From NCBI GenBank assembly GCA_963779755.1, contig CAVZZO010000003.1, forward strand, positions 192,001 to 256,000: a stretch of DNA of 64,000 nucleotides, in the 5' to 3' direction. The stretch comes from an uncultured Gemmatimonadales bacterium. Lineage in GTDB: Bacteria; Gemmatimonadota; Gemmatimonadetes; Gemmatimonadales; GWC2-71-9. Below are positions 9,499 to 19,757 of this stretch, one piece after another. The stretch's first letter is position 1; each line of letters starts with the position of its first letter. The notes under the pieces are model-generated. The model ran no database searches and was not told the DNA's origin. It saw only the letters and a list, made by a program, of their open reading frames with translations. The translations under genes and the position numbers were made by a program.

Positions 9499-11136
9499 TT
9501 ACATCCGGTCTGGGGCGGTGATGCCGAGGAGGCGGAGGCCGTTGCCGACCACCTGCCGGGCGGCGCGGGCCAGGGTGAGCCGGGCGGCTTCCGTCGCGGG
9601 GGCCTCCCCCAGCACACGGCAGCGATGATACCAGGCGTGGGCCAGCCGGGCGAGCTCTTCCAGGTACCCGGTGATGCGGTGCGGCTCCCGGTCGCGGGCG
9701 GCGCCGGCGACGATCTCGGGGAACGTGAGGAGCTTCTTCAGCAGGTCGGTGTCTTCCGGCGCCGGCAGCGCGGCGAGATCGATGTCGGCCCCGGCCGATG
9801 CCGGCTCCCGGCCGGCGGTGCGGAAGATGCCGCTCATCCGGGCGTGCGCCATCTGCACGTAGAAGACGGGGTTTTCGTCGGTCTGGCTCTTGGCCAGATC
9901 GACATCGAACACCATCTGGGAGTCGCCGCGGCGCATGAGAAAGAAATAGCGTGCGGCATCCACGCCGACTTCCTCGAACAGGTCGCGCAGGGTGACGAAC
10001 TCGCCGGAGCGCTTGGACATCTTCACCTCTTCCCCGCCCCGGACCACTTTCACCAGCTGCACCACCTTCACATCGAAGAAGGCCGGCGGATAGCCCAGCG
10101 CCGCGAGGATGCTCCGCATCCGCGGGATATAGCCGTGATGATCCGCGCCCCACACGTCGATCACCCGGGCGAAGCCGCGATCGTGCTTGTCGACGTGATA
10201 CGCGATATCGGGCACGAAGTAGGTGTACGTCCCGTCGCTCTTGCGCAGGACCCGGTCCTTTTCGTCGCCGAAGTCGCTGGTGCGGAGCCAGAGCGCGCCC
10301 TCGCGCTCGTAGGTGAGCCCGCGCTGGGCCAGGAGCGCCAGGGTGGCCTCCACCCGCCCCGCCTGGTAGAGCGCGGCTTCGGAGGTGTACACCGCCATAT
10401 GCACGCCGAAGGTCCGGAGATCGTCGTCCTGCTCCGCCCGCATGGCCTCGACGCCCAGCACCCGGCAGCGCGCCAGGCCTTCGGGCTCGGGGAGGTCGGC
10501 GAAGCCCGCTCCCTCGCGCGCGAGAATCTGCCGGGCGGTCTCCCGGAGGTACTCTCCGTGATAGCCGCCCTCCGGCACCCCGCCGGGGCGACCGGCCGCT
10601 TCCTGCACCCGGGCCCAGAGGCTCTGGGCCAGCTTGTCGATCTGGACGCCGGCATCGTTGACGTAGAATTCGCGCGCCACCGCATGGCCGGTCCACTCGA
10701 GCAGGGCGGCGAGGGCATCCCCCAGCGCGGCCCCGCGCCCGTGGCCCACGTGCAGCGGCCCGGTGGGGTTGGCCGAGACAAATTCGACGTTGACCCGTTC
10801 GCCGGCGCCGCTGGCGCTTCGGCCATAGGCGTCACCCTGGTCCAGGATGCGGCGCAACTCGACCAGGAGCTGATCTTCCGCCAGCCAGAAGTTGATGAAC
10901 CCGGGGCCGGCGATTTCGGTCCGCGCCACGAACCCGGGCGGGAGCCGCAGCGATGCGACCACCCGCTCGGCCAGCTCGCGCGGGCGGGTCCGCAGCCGGC
11001 GCGCCAGGACCATGGCGAGATTAGTGGCCAGGTCGCCGTGCCCCGCGTCGCGGGGCCGCTCGAGGATGAACTCCTCGCCGTCGCCGCCCAGCTCCCGGGA
11101 AACCCGGGCCAGCTCGTCGCGCAGGCGCTGGTTCAC
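9499..11136 (-). CDS. argS: Arginine--tRNA ligase
   Basis: VEFVSANPTGPLHVGHGR, WGADHHGY, KMSKRSG, YVQMAHAR. Confidence 0.98.
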   Translation of the reverse strand: MNQRLRDELARVSRELGGDGEEFILERPRDAGHGDLATNLAMVLARRLRTRPRELAERVVASLRLPPGFVARTEIAGPGFINFWLAEDQLLVELRRILDQGDAYGRSASGAGERVNVEFVSANPTGPLHVGHGRGAALGDALAALLEWTGHAVAREFYVNDAGVQIDKLAQSLWARVQEAAGRPGGVPEGGYHGEYLRETARQILAREGAGFADLPEPEGLARCRVLGVEAMRAEQDDDLRTFGVHMAVYTSEAALYQAGRVEATLALLAQRGLTYEREGALWLRTSDFGDEKDRVLRKSDGTYTYFVPDIAYHVDKHDRGFARVIDVWGADHHGYIPRMRSILAALGYPPAFFDVKVVQLVKVVRGGEEVKMSKRSGEFVTLRDLFEEVGVDAARYFFLMRRGDSQMVFDVDLAKSQTDENPVFYVQMAHARMSGIFRTAGREPASAGADIDLAALPAPEDTDLLKKLLTFPEIVAGAARDREPHRITGYLEELARLAHAWYHRCRVLGEAPATEAARLTLARAARQVVGNGLRLLGITAPDRM

Positions 11137-11432
11137 TCGGCCTTCTTCGGCTGGGCGCCGCCGGCCGGCTTCTCCGGGGCTTTCTTCTCGTCGGCCTTGG
11201 CCGGCTTGTCGGCGGGCTTGTCTCCCTCGGCCGCCTTGCGCGGCCCTTTGCCGTCCTTACCGTAGTCGGTGATGTAAAACCCGCTGCCCTTGAACACGAG
11301 CCCGGCCCCGCCCGAAATCCGGCGCGTGGCCATCCGGCCGCACACCGGGCATTTCACCCGCGGGCGGTCGGTCATTTTCTGGAACTTCTCGAAGGTATGG
11401 CCCGTCGGGCACTCGTATTCGTAGGTCGGCAT
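11133..11432 (-). CDS. FmdB-family zinc-ribbon protein
   Basis: MPTYEYECPTGH...CPVCG...FKGSGFYITDY with a Lys/Ala/Pro-rich tail. Confidence 0.9.
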   Translation of the reverse strand: MPTYEYECPTGHTFEKFQKMTDRPRVKCPVCGRMATRRISGGAGLVFKGSGFYITDYGKDGKGPRKAAEGDKPADKPAKADEKKAPEKPAGGAQPKKAE

Positions 11433-11526
11433 GGACCCTCGAAGGTAAATGAAACCAGCCCAAAAACTTAAGCGGTGCACACGCCGGTGTTCAAGCACGC
11501 GGCGCCTGGCGCCCTCAGGGGGAAAG

Positions 11527-12249
11527 ATGCGACGAATACCCGTGCTGTTCCTGGTCGCTCTGCTGCTGCCCGCCGCCGCCCAGGCGCAATTGCGGGAAGT
11601 ACCCGATTCCACCGCGCTGCGGCCGGTACGGGCTACCGTCGGGGGATCGCTCCAGCTGGCCCTCCCGGAAGGCGAATTTGCCGACTTCGTGGGGAACGGC
11701 TTCGGACTGGGGGCGTTCTTCGCCATTCACCTGGGCCGCGGCGAGCGCGCGGCTCTGCGATTCGACGGCTCGTTCCTGCAGTACGGCCACGAGCGGGTGC
11801 AGCGGCCGCTCAGCCCCACCGTTCCGCAGGTCACGGTCGACGTCACCACCAGCAACAACATCTACTCGTTCTCCGCCGGCCCGGAGATCAACCTCGCGAC
11901 CGGTGCGCTCCGCCCCTACGTCCGCGGCGAGATCGGGGTGTCCTACTTCGCGACGACCTCGAGCGTGAAGGGCACCAGCAACAGCCAGGACTTCGCCAGT
12001 TCGACCAACTTCGACGATTTCACCTTCGTCTGGCTCGCGGGTGCGGGGTTGCGTATCCGGCTGGCCGGAGGACGCACACCGGTCTATCTCGACCTGGCGG
12101 GTGACTACATGCACAACGGGCGGGTCCAGTACCTGCGCGAGGGCAGCATCAAGGACAACGGCAACGGCACCATTACCATCACGCCGATCGAAAGCCAGAC
12201 CAACCTCTTCCTGCTGCGCGCCGGCGCCACCGTGGGCCTGCGCTGGTAG
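11527..12249 (+). CDS. Outer-membrane beta-barrel domain protein
   Basis: ATG at 11527, signal peptide (AQAQ), beta-strand pattern, C-terminal aromatic residue (VGLRW). Confidence 0.75.
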   Translation: MRRIPVLFLVALLLPAAAQAQLREVPDSTALRPVRATVGGSLQLALPEGEFADFVGNGFGLGAFFAIHLGRGERAALRFDGSFLQYGHERVQRPLSPTVPQVTVDVTTSNNIYSFSAGPEINLATGALRPYVRGEIGVSYFATTSSVKGTSNSQDFASSTNFDDFTFVWLAGAGLRIRLAGGRTPVYLDLAGDYMHNGRVQYLREGSIKDNGNGTITITPIESQTNLFLLRAGATVGLRW

Positions 12250-12252
12250 GAT

Positions 12253-13800
12253 TCAGCGGTAGGTCCCCCACACCGCGCGGAGGGCGTCGCTGATCTCGCC
12301 CAGGGTGGCGCGGACGCGCACGGCCTCGAGCACCAGGGGCATCAGGGCCCCACCATCCCGGGCCGCCTCGCCCAGGGATTGCAGCATTCGCTGCACCGCC
12401 GCCCCATCCCGCTGTTTCCGGGCCTGAGCCAGGCGCTCCCGCTGCCGCCGGGCCAGGGCGGTAAAATCGGGCAGGTCCATCTCGGGCGGGGGCGCGGGCT
12501 CGGTGAAGCGGTTCACGCCCACCACCACCGCGTCGCCCCGTTCCTGCGCCTGCTGCAGCTCCCAGGCGCTCCGCGCAATAGCCTCCTGGAAATAGCCCCG
12601 CTCCACTGCCGCCACGGCTCCACCCAGTGCGTCCACCTCGTCGATCAGGGCTCGCGCATCCTGCTCGATGCGATCGGTCAGTGCCTCGACGTAATAGCTT
12701 CCCGCCAGCGGATCGACCGTCCGGTTCATGCCGCTCTCGTACGCCAGAATCTGCTGAGTGCGCAGCGCCAGGGTGGCGGCCTCCTCGGAGGGCAGGGCGA
12801 GGGCCTCGTCATAGCCGTTGGTGTGCAGCGACTGGGTACCGCCCAGCACGGCGGAGAGCCCCTGCACGGCGACGCGCACGATGTTGTTGAGGGGTTGCTG
12901 CGCCTGCAGGGTGACGCCGCCGGTCTGCGTGTGGAACCGGAGACGGGCGGTGCGATCGTCGCCCTGGAAGCGCTCGCGCACCAGCCGGGCCCAGAGCCGG
13001 CGCGCCGCGCGAAACTTCGCTGTTTCTTCGAACAGGTCGTTGTGGGCGGCAAAGAAAAACGAGAGCCGCGGGCCGAATACCTCCAGCGCGATCCCGGCAT
13101 CGAGTCCGTGCCGCACGTAGGCCAGCGCGTTCGACAGCGTGAACCCTACTTCCTGAGCGGCGGTGGCCCCCGCCTCCCGCATGTGGTAGCCGCTGATGGA
13201 AATGGGGTTGAAGCTCATGCCCTCGTCCGCCACGAACCGCATGACCTCGGTGGTCAGGCGGAGGCTGGGCTGGGGCGGGTAAATGTAGGTGCCTCGGGCG
13301 ATGTACTCCTTGAGAATGTCGTTCTGCACCGTGCCCGTGAGCCGCCCGCGCTCCACGCCCTGTTCCTCGCCCACCACGACGTACATGGCCAGGAGGATGG
13401 CCGCCGTGGCGTTGATGGTCATGGACGTGGAGACCTCGCCCAGCGGTATCGCGCGGAACAGCACCGCCAGGTCGTCCACCGTGTCGATCGCGACCCCCAC
13501 CCGGCCCACTTCCCCTTCGGCCATGGGGTGGTCGGAGTCGTAGCCCATCTGGGTGGGGAGGTCGAACGCGGTGGAGAGGCCGGACTGGCCGGCTTCCAGC
13601 AGCCGCCGGAAGCGCTGGTTGGTTTCTTCGGCCGTCCCGAACCCGGCATACTGCCGCATGGTCCAGAGGCGGCTGGTGTACATGGTGGGATACACGCCGC
13701 GGGTATAGGGAAACTGCCCCGGCCGGGCCAGGTCCCGGGCCGGCTCACCGGCCCAGTCGCCGGGCCCGTACACCGTCTTGCGGTCGTCGTTTCCGGCCAT
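12253..13800 (-). CDS. Methylmalonyl-CoA mutase family, substrate-binding (large) subunit without B12-binding domain
   Basis: [47 protein letters not shown]; Tyr and Arg specificity residues fit methylmalonyl-CoA; no DxHxxG domain. Confidence 0.92.
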   Translation of the reverse strand: MAGNDDRKTVYGPGDWAGEPARDLARPGQFPYTRGVYPTMYTSRLWTMRQYAGFGTAEETNQRFRRLLEAGQSGLSTAFDLPTQMGYDSDHPMAEGEVGRVGVAIDTVDDLAVLFRAIPLGEVSTSMTINATAAILLAMYVVVGEEQGVERGRLTGTVQNDILKEYIARGTYIYPPQPSLRLTTEVMRFVADEGMSFNPISISGYHMREAGATAAQEVGFTLSNALAYVRHGLDAGIALEVFGPRLSFFFAAHNDLFEETAKFRAARRLWARLVRERFQGDDRTARLRFHTQTGGVTLQAQQPLNNIVRVAVQGLSAVLGGTQSLHTNGYDEALALPSEEAATLALRTQQILAYESGMNRTVDPLAGSYYVEALTDRIEQDARALIDEVDALGGAVAAVERGYFQEAIARSAWELQQAQERGDAVVVGVNRFTEPAPPPEMDLPDFTALARRQRERLAQARKQRDGAAVQRMLQSLGEAARDGGALMPLVLEAVRVRATLGEISDALRAVWGTYR

Positions 13801-13804
13801 GGCC

Positions 13805-14866
13805 TCAGGCGCCCCGGTCGCTCACCCGCGCGAAGTGCGGATTCTCGCCCCGCTCATCCACTTGCCGCAGGATATCGCTGACGTATTCGACATCCTTCCT
13901 GGCACCCACCACCAGCGGGGTTCGCTGGTGCAGCTCGCCGGGCTGGATCTCCAGGATCCGCTCGTACCCGTTGGTGGCGGCGCCCCCCGCCTGCTCGGCC
14001 ACGAACGCCATGGGCGAGGCCTCATACAGCAGGCGCAGCTTGCCGTTGGGACTCTTGGTATCGGCCGGGTAGAGGAAGATCCCGCCGGAGATCAGGTTGC
14101 GGTGGAAGTCGGCCACCAGTGAGCCGATGTAGCGGCTGTTCTTCGCCTTGATGCGTTCGGGGATTTCGCCGTGGAAGCCGCGCACCGCCGCCTGCACCCC
14201 GCGGCCCCAGCGGGCGAAGTTGCTCTCGTTGATGCTGTAGTACTTCCCCACCTCCGGCGTCTGAATGAGGGGGTGCGAGAGCAGGAACTCGCCGATGGAA
14301 GGGTCCAGGGTGAAACCGTGCACGCCCTGCCCGGTGGTGTAGACCAGCATGGTGCTGGATCCGTACATCACGTAGCCCGCCGCCACCTGCCGCACGCCGG
14401 GCTGCAGCAGATCTTCCAGGCCGCCCCGCCCTTCCAGCGACACGCGGCGGTAGATGCTGAAAATCGTCCCCACCGCGGCGTTGACGTCGATGTTACTGGA
14501 GCCGTCGAGCGGATCGTACAGCACCACGTACTTGCCCGCCGGATAGTCCGGCGGAATGGGAATGGGGCCCTCGTCTTCTTCCGAGGCCATCATGCAGACG
14601 CGACCGGTGTGGTTGAACGTGTCCTTGATGGCCTGGTTGGCGTAGAGGTCGAGCTTTTGCTGCTCCTCGCCCTGGACGTTGACCGCCTCAGCCGACCCCA
14701 GGATGTTCACCAGGCCGGCGCGGCGGATGGCGGCGGAGATGAGCTTGGCCGCGAAGGCAATATCGTAGAGCAGGTTGGACAGCTCGCCCGTGGCCTCGGG
14801 GTACTGCCGCTCCTGCTCGACGATGAAGCGCTCGATCGTGGTCGTGGTGGACGAAGTCGAGTACAC
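13805..14866 (-). CDS. fbp: Fructose-1,6-bisphosphatase class I
   Basis: [40 protein letters not shown]. Confidence 0.97.
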   Translation of the reverse strand: MYSTSSTTTTIERFIVEQERQYPEATGELSNLLYDIAFAAKLISAAIRRAGLVNILGSAEAVNVQGEEQQKLDLYANQAIKDTFNHTGRVCMMASEEDEGPIPIPPDYPAGKYVVLYDPLDGSSNIDVNAAVGTIFSIYRRVSLEGRGGLEDLLQPGVRQVAAGYVMYGSSTMLVYTTGQGVHGFTLDPSIGEFLLSHPLIQTPEVGKYYSINESNFARWGRGVQAAVRGFHGEIPERIKAKNSRYIGSLVADFHRNLISGGIFLYPADTKSPNGKLRLLYEASPMAFVAEQAGGAATNGYERILEIQPGELHQRTPLVVGARKDVEYVSDILRQVDERGENPHFARVSDRGA

Positions 14867-14890
14867 AAGCGCTCCACAGGATGGGGTGGC

Positions 14891-17134
14891 TCAGGGCCGC
14901 ACGTCGAGCTCCAGGCTGCCGCGCCGGCCGTCGATGGTCATCGTCTGTCCGTCGGTCCGCACCGTCACCGGGCCGTCGCGATCGGTCCGCCAGACCGGAA
15001 TGTGCCGTGCCGCCAGCCGGCCCAGGGTGGCCGGAGCGGGATGCCCGTACCGGTTGGGACCCAGGCTGATCACCGCCGCGCGGGGCTGCAGCTCGTCCAG
15101 CCAAGCGTCGCCGGTCGCGGTGCGGGAGCCGTGGTGCCCCACCTTGAGCAGGTCCACCCTTCCCACCCGGCCGTGCAGCCACGCCTCCGCCCGTAATCCG
15201 GCGTCGCCCGCCAGCACGGCGGAGAAGGCGCCGAAGCGAACCAGCAGCACCACCGAGTCTTCGTTGAGGTCGTCGCCCCACTCGGCCCAGGTGGTATCGG
15301 GATGCAGCAGCTGGAACGAGACGCCGTCCAGGGCAAAGTGATCGCCCGCCCGGCCCGGATGCCAGGGGATCCCTTCGGCCGTCACCTGGCGCAGAAACTC
15401 CAGGTACAGCGGATCGCCGGTGATATCGGCCGATTCCACGACCACGTCGGCGGGGATCCGGTCCAGCACGGCCGGCACACCCCCCAGGTGATCGGCATGG
15501 GGATGGGAAACCACCACCACCGAGAGGCGGCGCACCCCCTGCCGGACCAGGAACGGCGCGACGATCGACCGCCCGGCATCGGTGTCGTCGGTGCGCGGCC
15601 CCGCATCCACCAGCACCCAGTGGCCGGCGGGGGTCCGCAGCGCCGCCGCATCCCCCTGGCCGACCCGCAGAAAATGTAACGTCAGGCCGGAACCGCCGTC
15701 AGGCCGCGCCGGGATCAGGGCGAGAACGACGCCGGCCCAGGCCGCGGCCGCCGACAGCCGGACCCAGTGCTGCAGCACCGCCCGCCCGGGCAGGCCGCGG
15801 CCCACGCTCCAGAGCGCAAAGGCCAGCAGCAGGAGCCAGGGCACGGCCGCTCCCGGGCCGGTACCCTGCACCACATGGCCCCCGGGAAGCCGGGAGCCGG
15901 CATACGCCAGCGCCTCCAGCAGGTTGAGCAGGAGTCCCGATCCCGCGGCCAGCGCGCGGGCCGGCGGACCCACGACTGGCGCCATGAGCAGACTGGCGAA
16001 CACGCCCGGCACGGCCACCGCGCTCAGGGGAATCGCCACCAGGTTGAGCAGGATCCCGATGGGCGCCACCAGACCGAACGCGCCCGCGGTGATCGGCGCC
16101 GTGGCCAGGGTTGCGCCGGTCGAGACCGCCAGCACCCGCCCCAGCGTGGACCGGGGCAGCGCCTGCTCGCTCCACCGGCCGAAATGAGTGGTTCCCCAGA
16201 CGGCCGCCGCCGACAGCCAGGTGCCGGCCGAAAACACGGCGTACGGATCCACCAGAAGCACACCCAGGCAGGCGATCCCCAGAAGCGCTCCCGGCCGCAC
16301 GGCGCGCTGGCGCCAGCGGCAGAAGACCAGCAGGGCGATGAAACAGGCCGCGCGGGTGGCCGGCGCGGGCCAGCCGAGAAAGGCTGCGTAGCCGATCCCG
16401 GCGAGGGCCGCGGCCAACCGGGCGCGGGCCGGCGCCAGCCCTAGCGCCCGGCCCAGCAGCAACAACCAGCCCGCCAGGATCCCGACATGCAGGCCGGAGA
16501 TACAGAGCAGGTGCGCCAGGCCGGCGGCCGCCCAGGTGTTCCGTAGCTCGCGGTCGAGTCCCTCCCGCTGATTGAGAATGACTGCACCCACCAGCCCGCT
16601 GCGGCTGCCGTAGAGGGTGCGCGCCTCCCGCGCCAGCCGGGCACGCCAGCGGGCCACGGGCGCATGGCCTTCCCCCACCAGGCTGCCGCGCTGCACGCTG
16701 AGAATGCCGCTGCGACGACCCTGGTGCTCCAGGCCGGGAATCCATCGCCCCCGGATGCGCCAGTCCTGCCCCGCGGAGGCCGGCAGTCCGCGCGGCCACC
16801 GGACGCTGATGGCCGACCGGCAAGCCGCCGCGACGGGCCGCGCCTCCAGGGTGGCGCCGGCCGGGCCGGCGTCATCCAGCAGGCGCAGGCGCAGGGCAAT
16901 GCTTCCCGCCGGGAGGCGGGCGGCGCACGATTGCCGTTCGGCATGCCGGGCGAGACTGCCCGCCAGCAGTCCGGCCAGGACCACGGCACCGGCGAGGAAC
17001 GGAATGCGGCAGCGCCATCCCAGCACCAGCGCCAGAGCGGGAAACAGCAGCAGGGGGAGGGAAAAACGCGAAAGGCCGGTCACCAGACCGGCCCCATAGC
17101 AGAGCAGCAGCAGCAATCCTCCGGGAGGCGTCAC
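14891..17134 (-). CDS. comEC: DNA internalization competence protein ComEC/Rec2
   Basis: GLAHLLCISGLH competence domain plus metallo-beta-lactamase domain (VGQGDA, SHPHADHLGG, KVGHHGS). Confidence 0.95.
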   Translation of the reverse strand: MTPPGGLLLLLCYGAGLVTGLSRFSLPLLLFPALALVLGWRCRIPFLAGAVVLAGLLAGSLARHAERQSCAARLPAGSIALRLRLLDDAGPAGATLEARPVAAACRSAISVRWPRGLPASAGQDWRIRGRWIPGLEHQGRRSGILSVQRGSLVGEGHAPVARWRARLAREARTLYGSRSGLVGAVILNQREGLDRELRNTWAAAGLAHLLCISGLHVGILAGWLLLLGRALGLAPARARLAAALAGIGYAAFLGWPAPATRAACFIALLVFCRWRQRAVRPGALLGIACLGVLLVDPYAVFSAGTWLSAAAVWGTTHFGRWSEQALPRSTLGRVLAVSTGATLATAPITAGAFGLVAPIGILLNLVAIPLSAVAVPGVFASLLMAPVVGPPARALAAGSGLLLNLLEALAYAGSRLPGGHVVQGTGPGAAVPWLLLLAFALWSVGRGLPGRAVLQHWVRLSAAAAWAGVVLALIPARPDGGSGLTLHFLRVGQGDAAALRTPAGHWVLVDAGPRTDDTDAGRSIVAPFLVRQGVRRLSVVVVSHPHADHLGGVPAVLDRIPADVVVESADITGDPLYLEFLRQVTAEGIPWHPGRAGDHFALDGVSFQLLHPDTTWAEWGDDLNEDSVVLLVRFGAFSAVLAGDAGLRAEAWLHGRVGRVDLLKVGHHGSRTATGDAWLDELQPRAAVISLGPNRYGHPAPATLGRLAARHIPVWRTDRDGPVTVRTDGQTMTIDGRRGSLELDVRP

Positions 17135-17147
17135 GCCTCCCTCCGGC

Positions 17148-17429
17148 TCAGCTGCCGGAGGCCTCCCGGCCGCAGCGCGGCGCCAGCGAGATCTTCCGGA
17201 TGCCTTCCATGATGTTGACCTCGATCAGGGCGCGGGTCTGGTCGCGGTCGAGGTTGATCTCGGTGAGTACCGTCCCCTCGCGGCTCGCCACGTAGCGGGC
17301 GGGAATCCGGTTGAGGGCGTATACCAGGACATCGCCGCGGCAGATTTCGCAGCCGCAGAAATCGGGGAACTTGGCCCGCAGGCCTTCGTAGGCCGATAGC
17401 ACGCGCTCTTCGACCAGGTTCTGAATCAT
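17148..17429 (-). CDS. comFB: ComFB-family (late competence development) protein
   Basis: NLVEE...CGCEICRGDVLVYALNRIPARY matches the ComFB pattern. Confidence 0.85.
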   Translation of the reverse strand: MIQNLVEERVLSAYEGLRAKFPDFCGCEICRGDVLVYALNRIPARYVASREGTVLTEINLDRDQTRALIEVNIMEGIRKISLAPRCGREASGS

Positions 17430-18736
17430 AGGACCGCCAATGCGGGACGGGCCACGCGCGCGGTAAAGGTTGCGCCCGTGGTCCCGGTAAGGACCACGGG
17501 ATGATACTCGCCGATGGCCGAGGCGGGAAGATCCACCAGCGCCACCAGATTGCCGCGGCTGCGGGCGAGCAGGAGATCGCCCCGGCGGGCGGGCCGCTCC
17601 ACCAGTACCTCGACCGTCTGCCCCACGCGCGCCAGGTTCTTGCGTGCGGCGCGCTGCCGCACCCTCGCAATGAGCCGCTCCAGCCGCTCCGCGGCGGTCT
17701 CGTCGGGCACCCGGTCCGGAAGCCGGACCGCGGGTGTGCCGTCGCGCACGGAGTAGCGGAAGGTGTAGGCGTCGTCAAAATCGGCGGCATCGACCAGGCT
17801 CAGTGTCTCGGCGAACTGCTCGTCCGTCTCGCCCGGGAACCCGACGATGAGATCGGTCGAGACGGTAAGACCGGGAATCGCGGCCCGCAGGCGGCCCAGG
17901 ACCTCGAGATAGGCCTCCCGGGTGTAGCGGCGCAGCATGCGCCGGAGCACGGGGTTGGAACCGCTCTGCGCCGGCAGATGCACGTGCTCGCAGACCGCGG
18001 GCGTGGTTGCCATCGCCTCCACCACCCGGTCGGTGAAATCCGTGGGGTAGGGACTGGTAAACCGCAACCGGCGGATACCGTCGACCGCGCCCACGGCCCG
18101 CAGCAGGTCGGCGAAGTCGTGATCGCCGTCCTGATAGCTGTTGACCGTCTGGCCCAGGAGGGTCACCTCGGACACGCCCTCTGCCGCCAGCCCCCGGACC
18201 TCTTGTACCACGTCGTTCATCCTACGGCTGCGCTCCGGGCCGCGCGTGTACGGAACAATGCAGAAGGTGCACTTGTAATCGCAGCCCCGCTGGACGGTGA
18301 CGAACGCCGTCGCCGCCGAATCGCGCACGGGAGGGACATCCTCGTAGTGCTCCCAGCTGCGGAATTCGGTGTCGGCCGTGCGGCTGCCGCTCCGGGCCAG
18401 GCCGATGAGCTGCGGCAGGTTGCGGTAGGCGTCCGGGCCCGCCACCAGATCCACCCGCGGCGACTGCGCCAGCAGGGCCGGCCCCAGCCGCTGCGCCATG
18501 CACCCCACCACACCGATGACATCGCCCGGGCGGCGGTGGCGCTGCAGTTCGCCCACCCGGCCGGCGACCCGTTGTTCGGCGTTGTCCCGGACCGCGCAGG
18601 TATTCACCAGGATGACGTCGGCCCCTTCGGGGCTGTCACAGCTCTGGTACCCCTCGCGGGCCAGAATGCCGAGCATGAGCTCGGTATCCGCCACGTTCAT
18701 CTGGCAGCCGTAGGTTTCGATGTAGACGCGAGGCAT
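17426..18736 (-). CDS. miaB: tRNA-2-methylthio-N6-dimethylallyladenosine synthase
   Basis: TYGCQMN, radical SAM CDYKCTFC, C-terminal TRAM domain. Confidence 0.96.
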   Translation of the reverse strand: MPRVYIETYGCQMNVADTELMLGILAREGYQSCDSPEGADVILVNTCAVRDNAEQRVAGRVGELQRHRRPGDVIGVVGCMAQRLGPALLAQSPRVDLVAGPDAYRNLPQLIGLARSGSRTADTEFRSWEHYEDVPPVRDSAATAFVTVQRGCDYKCTFCIVPYTRGPERSRRMNDVVQEVRGLAAEGVSEVTLLGQTVNSYQDGDHDFADLLRAVGAVDGIRRLRFTSPYPTDFTDRVVEAMATTPAVCEHVHLPAQSGSNPVLRRMLRRYTREAYLEVLGRLRAAIPGLTVSTDLIVGFPGETDEQFAETLSLVDAADFDDAYTFRYSVRDGTPAVRLPDRVPDETAAERLERLIARVRQRAARKNLARVGQTVEVLVERPARRGDLLLARSRGNLVALVDLPASAIGEYHPVVLTGTTGATFTARVARPALAVL

Positions 18737-18748
18737 GGGAGGGAAGAT

Positions 18749-18820
18749 GGCGGTAAGGGCGGTGTGGGCGGTAGGGGCGGTAAATCACTGACCGCCCTGC
18801 CGCGGTACCGCCTTACCGGC
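18749..18820. repeat. Inverted pair of tandem arrays, (GGCGGTANN)x4 facing (NNACCGCC)-type 8-mers
   Basis: ggcggtaag ggcggtgtg ggcggtagg ggcggtaaa | tgaccgcc ctgccgcg gtaccgcc ttaccggc; the right arm lies in the last codons of tsdA. Confidence 0.8.
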
Positions 18821-19672
18821 CTCCTGAGCCGCCTTCGTGGGGTACGCCACGTCCGGCGGCGGGTCGCCGTTGGGCCAGTCGAGCTCCTTGCCCGGGAGAT
18901 CGGGCCGGGGCTGGAGCGTCACGTACCGGGCGACGTCGAACGCCTGCTGGTCGGTCAGGCTGCCGGGCTGGTCGAACGGCATGTTGTGCCGGATGAACGC
19001 CGCCGCCGTGCGGACCCGCGCCATGCCCGCCCCGATGTTGAAGCTCTCCGGCCCCCAGAGCGGCGGCGCGACGGTAGTTCCCTGGCCCCCGGGCCCATGA
19101 CAGCGCGCGCAGACGCTGTCGAAAATGGCATGTCCCACCGCGCTGTCGCCGGTGGTGACGCTCACCTTCGCCAGTCCCTGCCCCGGCAGCTCGGCGCCGA
19201 CGGGGATGCCCCGGGAAAGCCAGGCCAGGTACGCGACGATGTCGCGCATGTCATTTCCATCCGCCTCCAGCGGTGTCCCGTTCATGCTCCGCCGGAAGCA
19301 GCCGTTGACCCGGTCTTCGATGGTGATGACCCGCGCCGCCCGGCTGCGATACTGGGGGAACTGGCCGTACACCCCGACCCAGGGGATGGCCCCGGGCTTG
19401 CGGCCGTCGTCGGGATGGCAGCTGATGCAGGCCAGCCTGTTTCCCACATGCTGCGGCAGGCTGTCGCGCGTGTTGCGCAGGAGCGCCAGCCCGCGCCGGA
19501 CGGAGTGTCCCAGCGGATCGTCCGGAATGGCGCTGTCGGAGGGGAGGCGGCGATAGGCCGCGAGGGAATCGACGGTCGAATCAGGTGCGGCGGTCCGGGA
19601 CGCCCGCGGCGACTCGCAGCCTGCGACCGCGGCGCCCAGCAGAAAACAGGCAAGAGGAAGGTGAGACTTCAT
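18785..19672 (-). CDS. tsdA: Diheme cytochrome c, thiosulfate dehydrogenase/tetrathionate reductase TsdA-like lipoprotein
   Basis: Lipobox VAGC, CISCH and CARCH heme motifs, RVNGCFRRSMNG (Cys ligand), PPLWG, SFNIGAGM, FIRHNMP. Confidence 0.85.
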   Translation of the reverse strand: MKSHLPLACFLLGAAVAGCESPRASRTAAPDSTVDSLAAYRRLPSDSAIPDDPLGHSVRRGLALLRNTRDSLPQHVGNRLACISCHPDDGRKPGAIPWVGVYGQFPQYRSRAARVITIEDRVNGCFRRSMNGTPLEADGNDMRDIVAYLAWLSRGIPVGAELPGQGLAKVSVTTGDSAVGHAIFDSVCARCHGPGGQGTTVAPPLWGPESFNIGAGMARVRTAAAFIRHNMPFDQPGSLTDQQAFDVARYVTLQPRPDLPGKELDWPNGDPPPDVAYPTKAAQEAGKAVPRQGGQ

Positions 19673-19757
19673 CAACTGAATCCTGGCGGACGGGAATTCC
19701 AAGCTATGAATGGCGGACGGGATGGACAAGGCGGCTCTGCCCACTCTGCCCATTCTT

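Noticed and set aside
8573..10696. Long N-terminal extensions on pfkB, ribE, ribH, ftsQ, cdd and GT4 in the ORF track
   Set aside because: Extensions overlap upstream genes in other frames; family-typical starts lie downstream.
12253..13800. Mutase as a truncated pseudogene or as isobutyryl-/hydroxyisobutyryl-CoA mutase
   Set aside because: Split large and small subunits are common, and the RQYAG Tyr fits methylmalonyl-CoA specificity.
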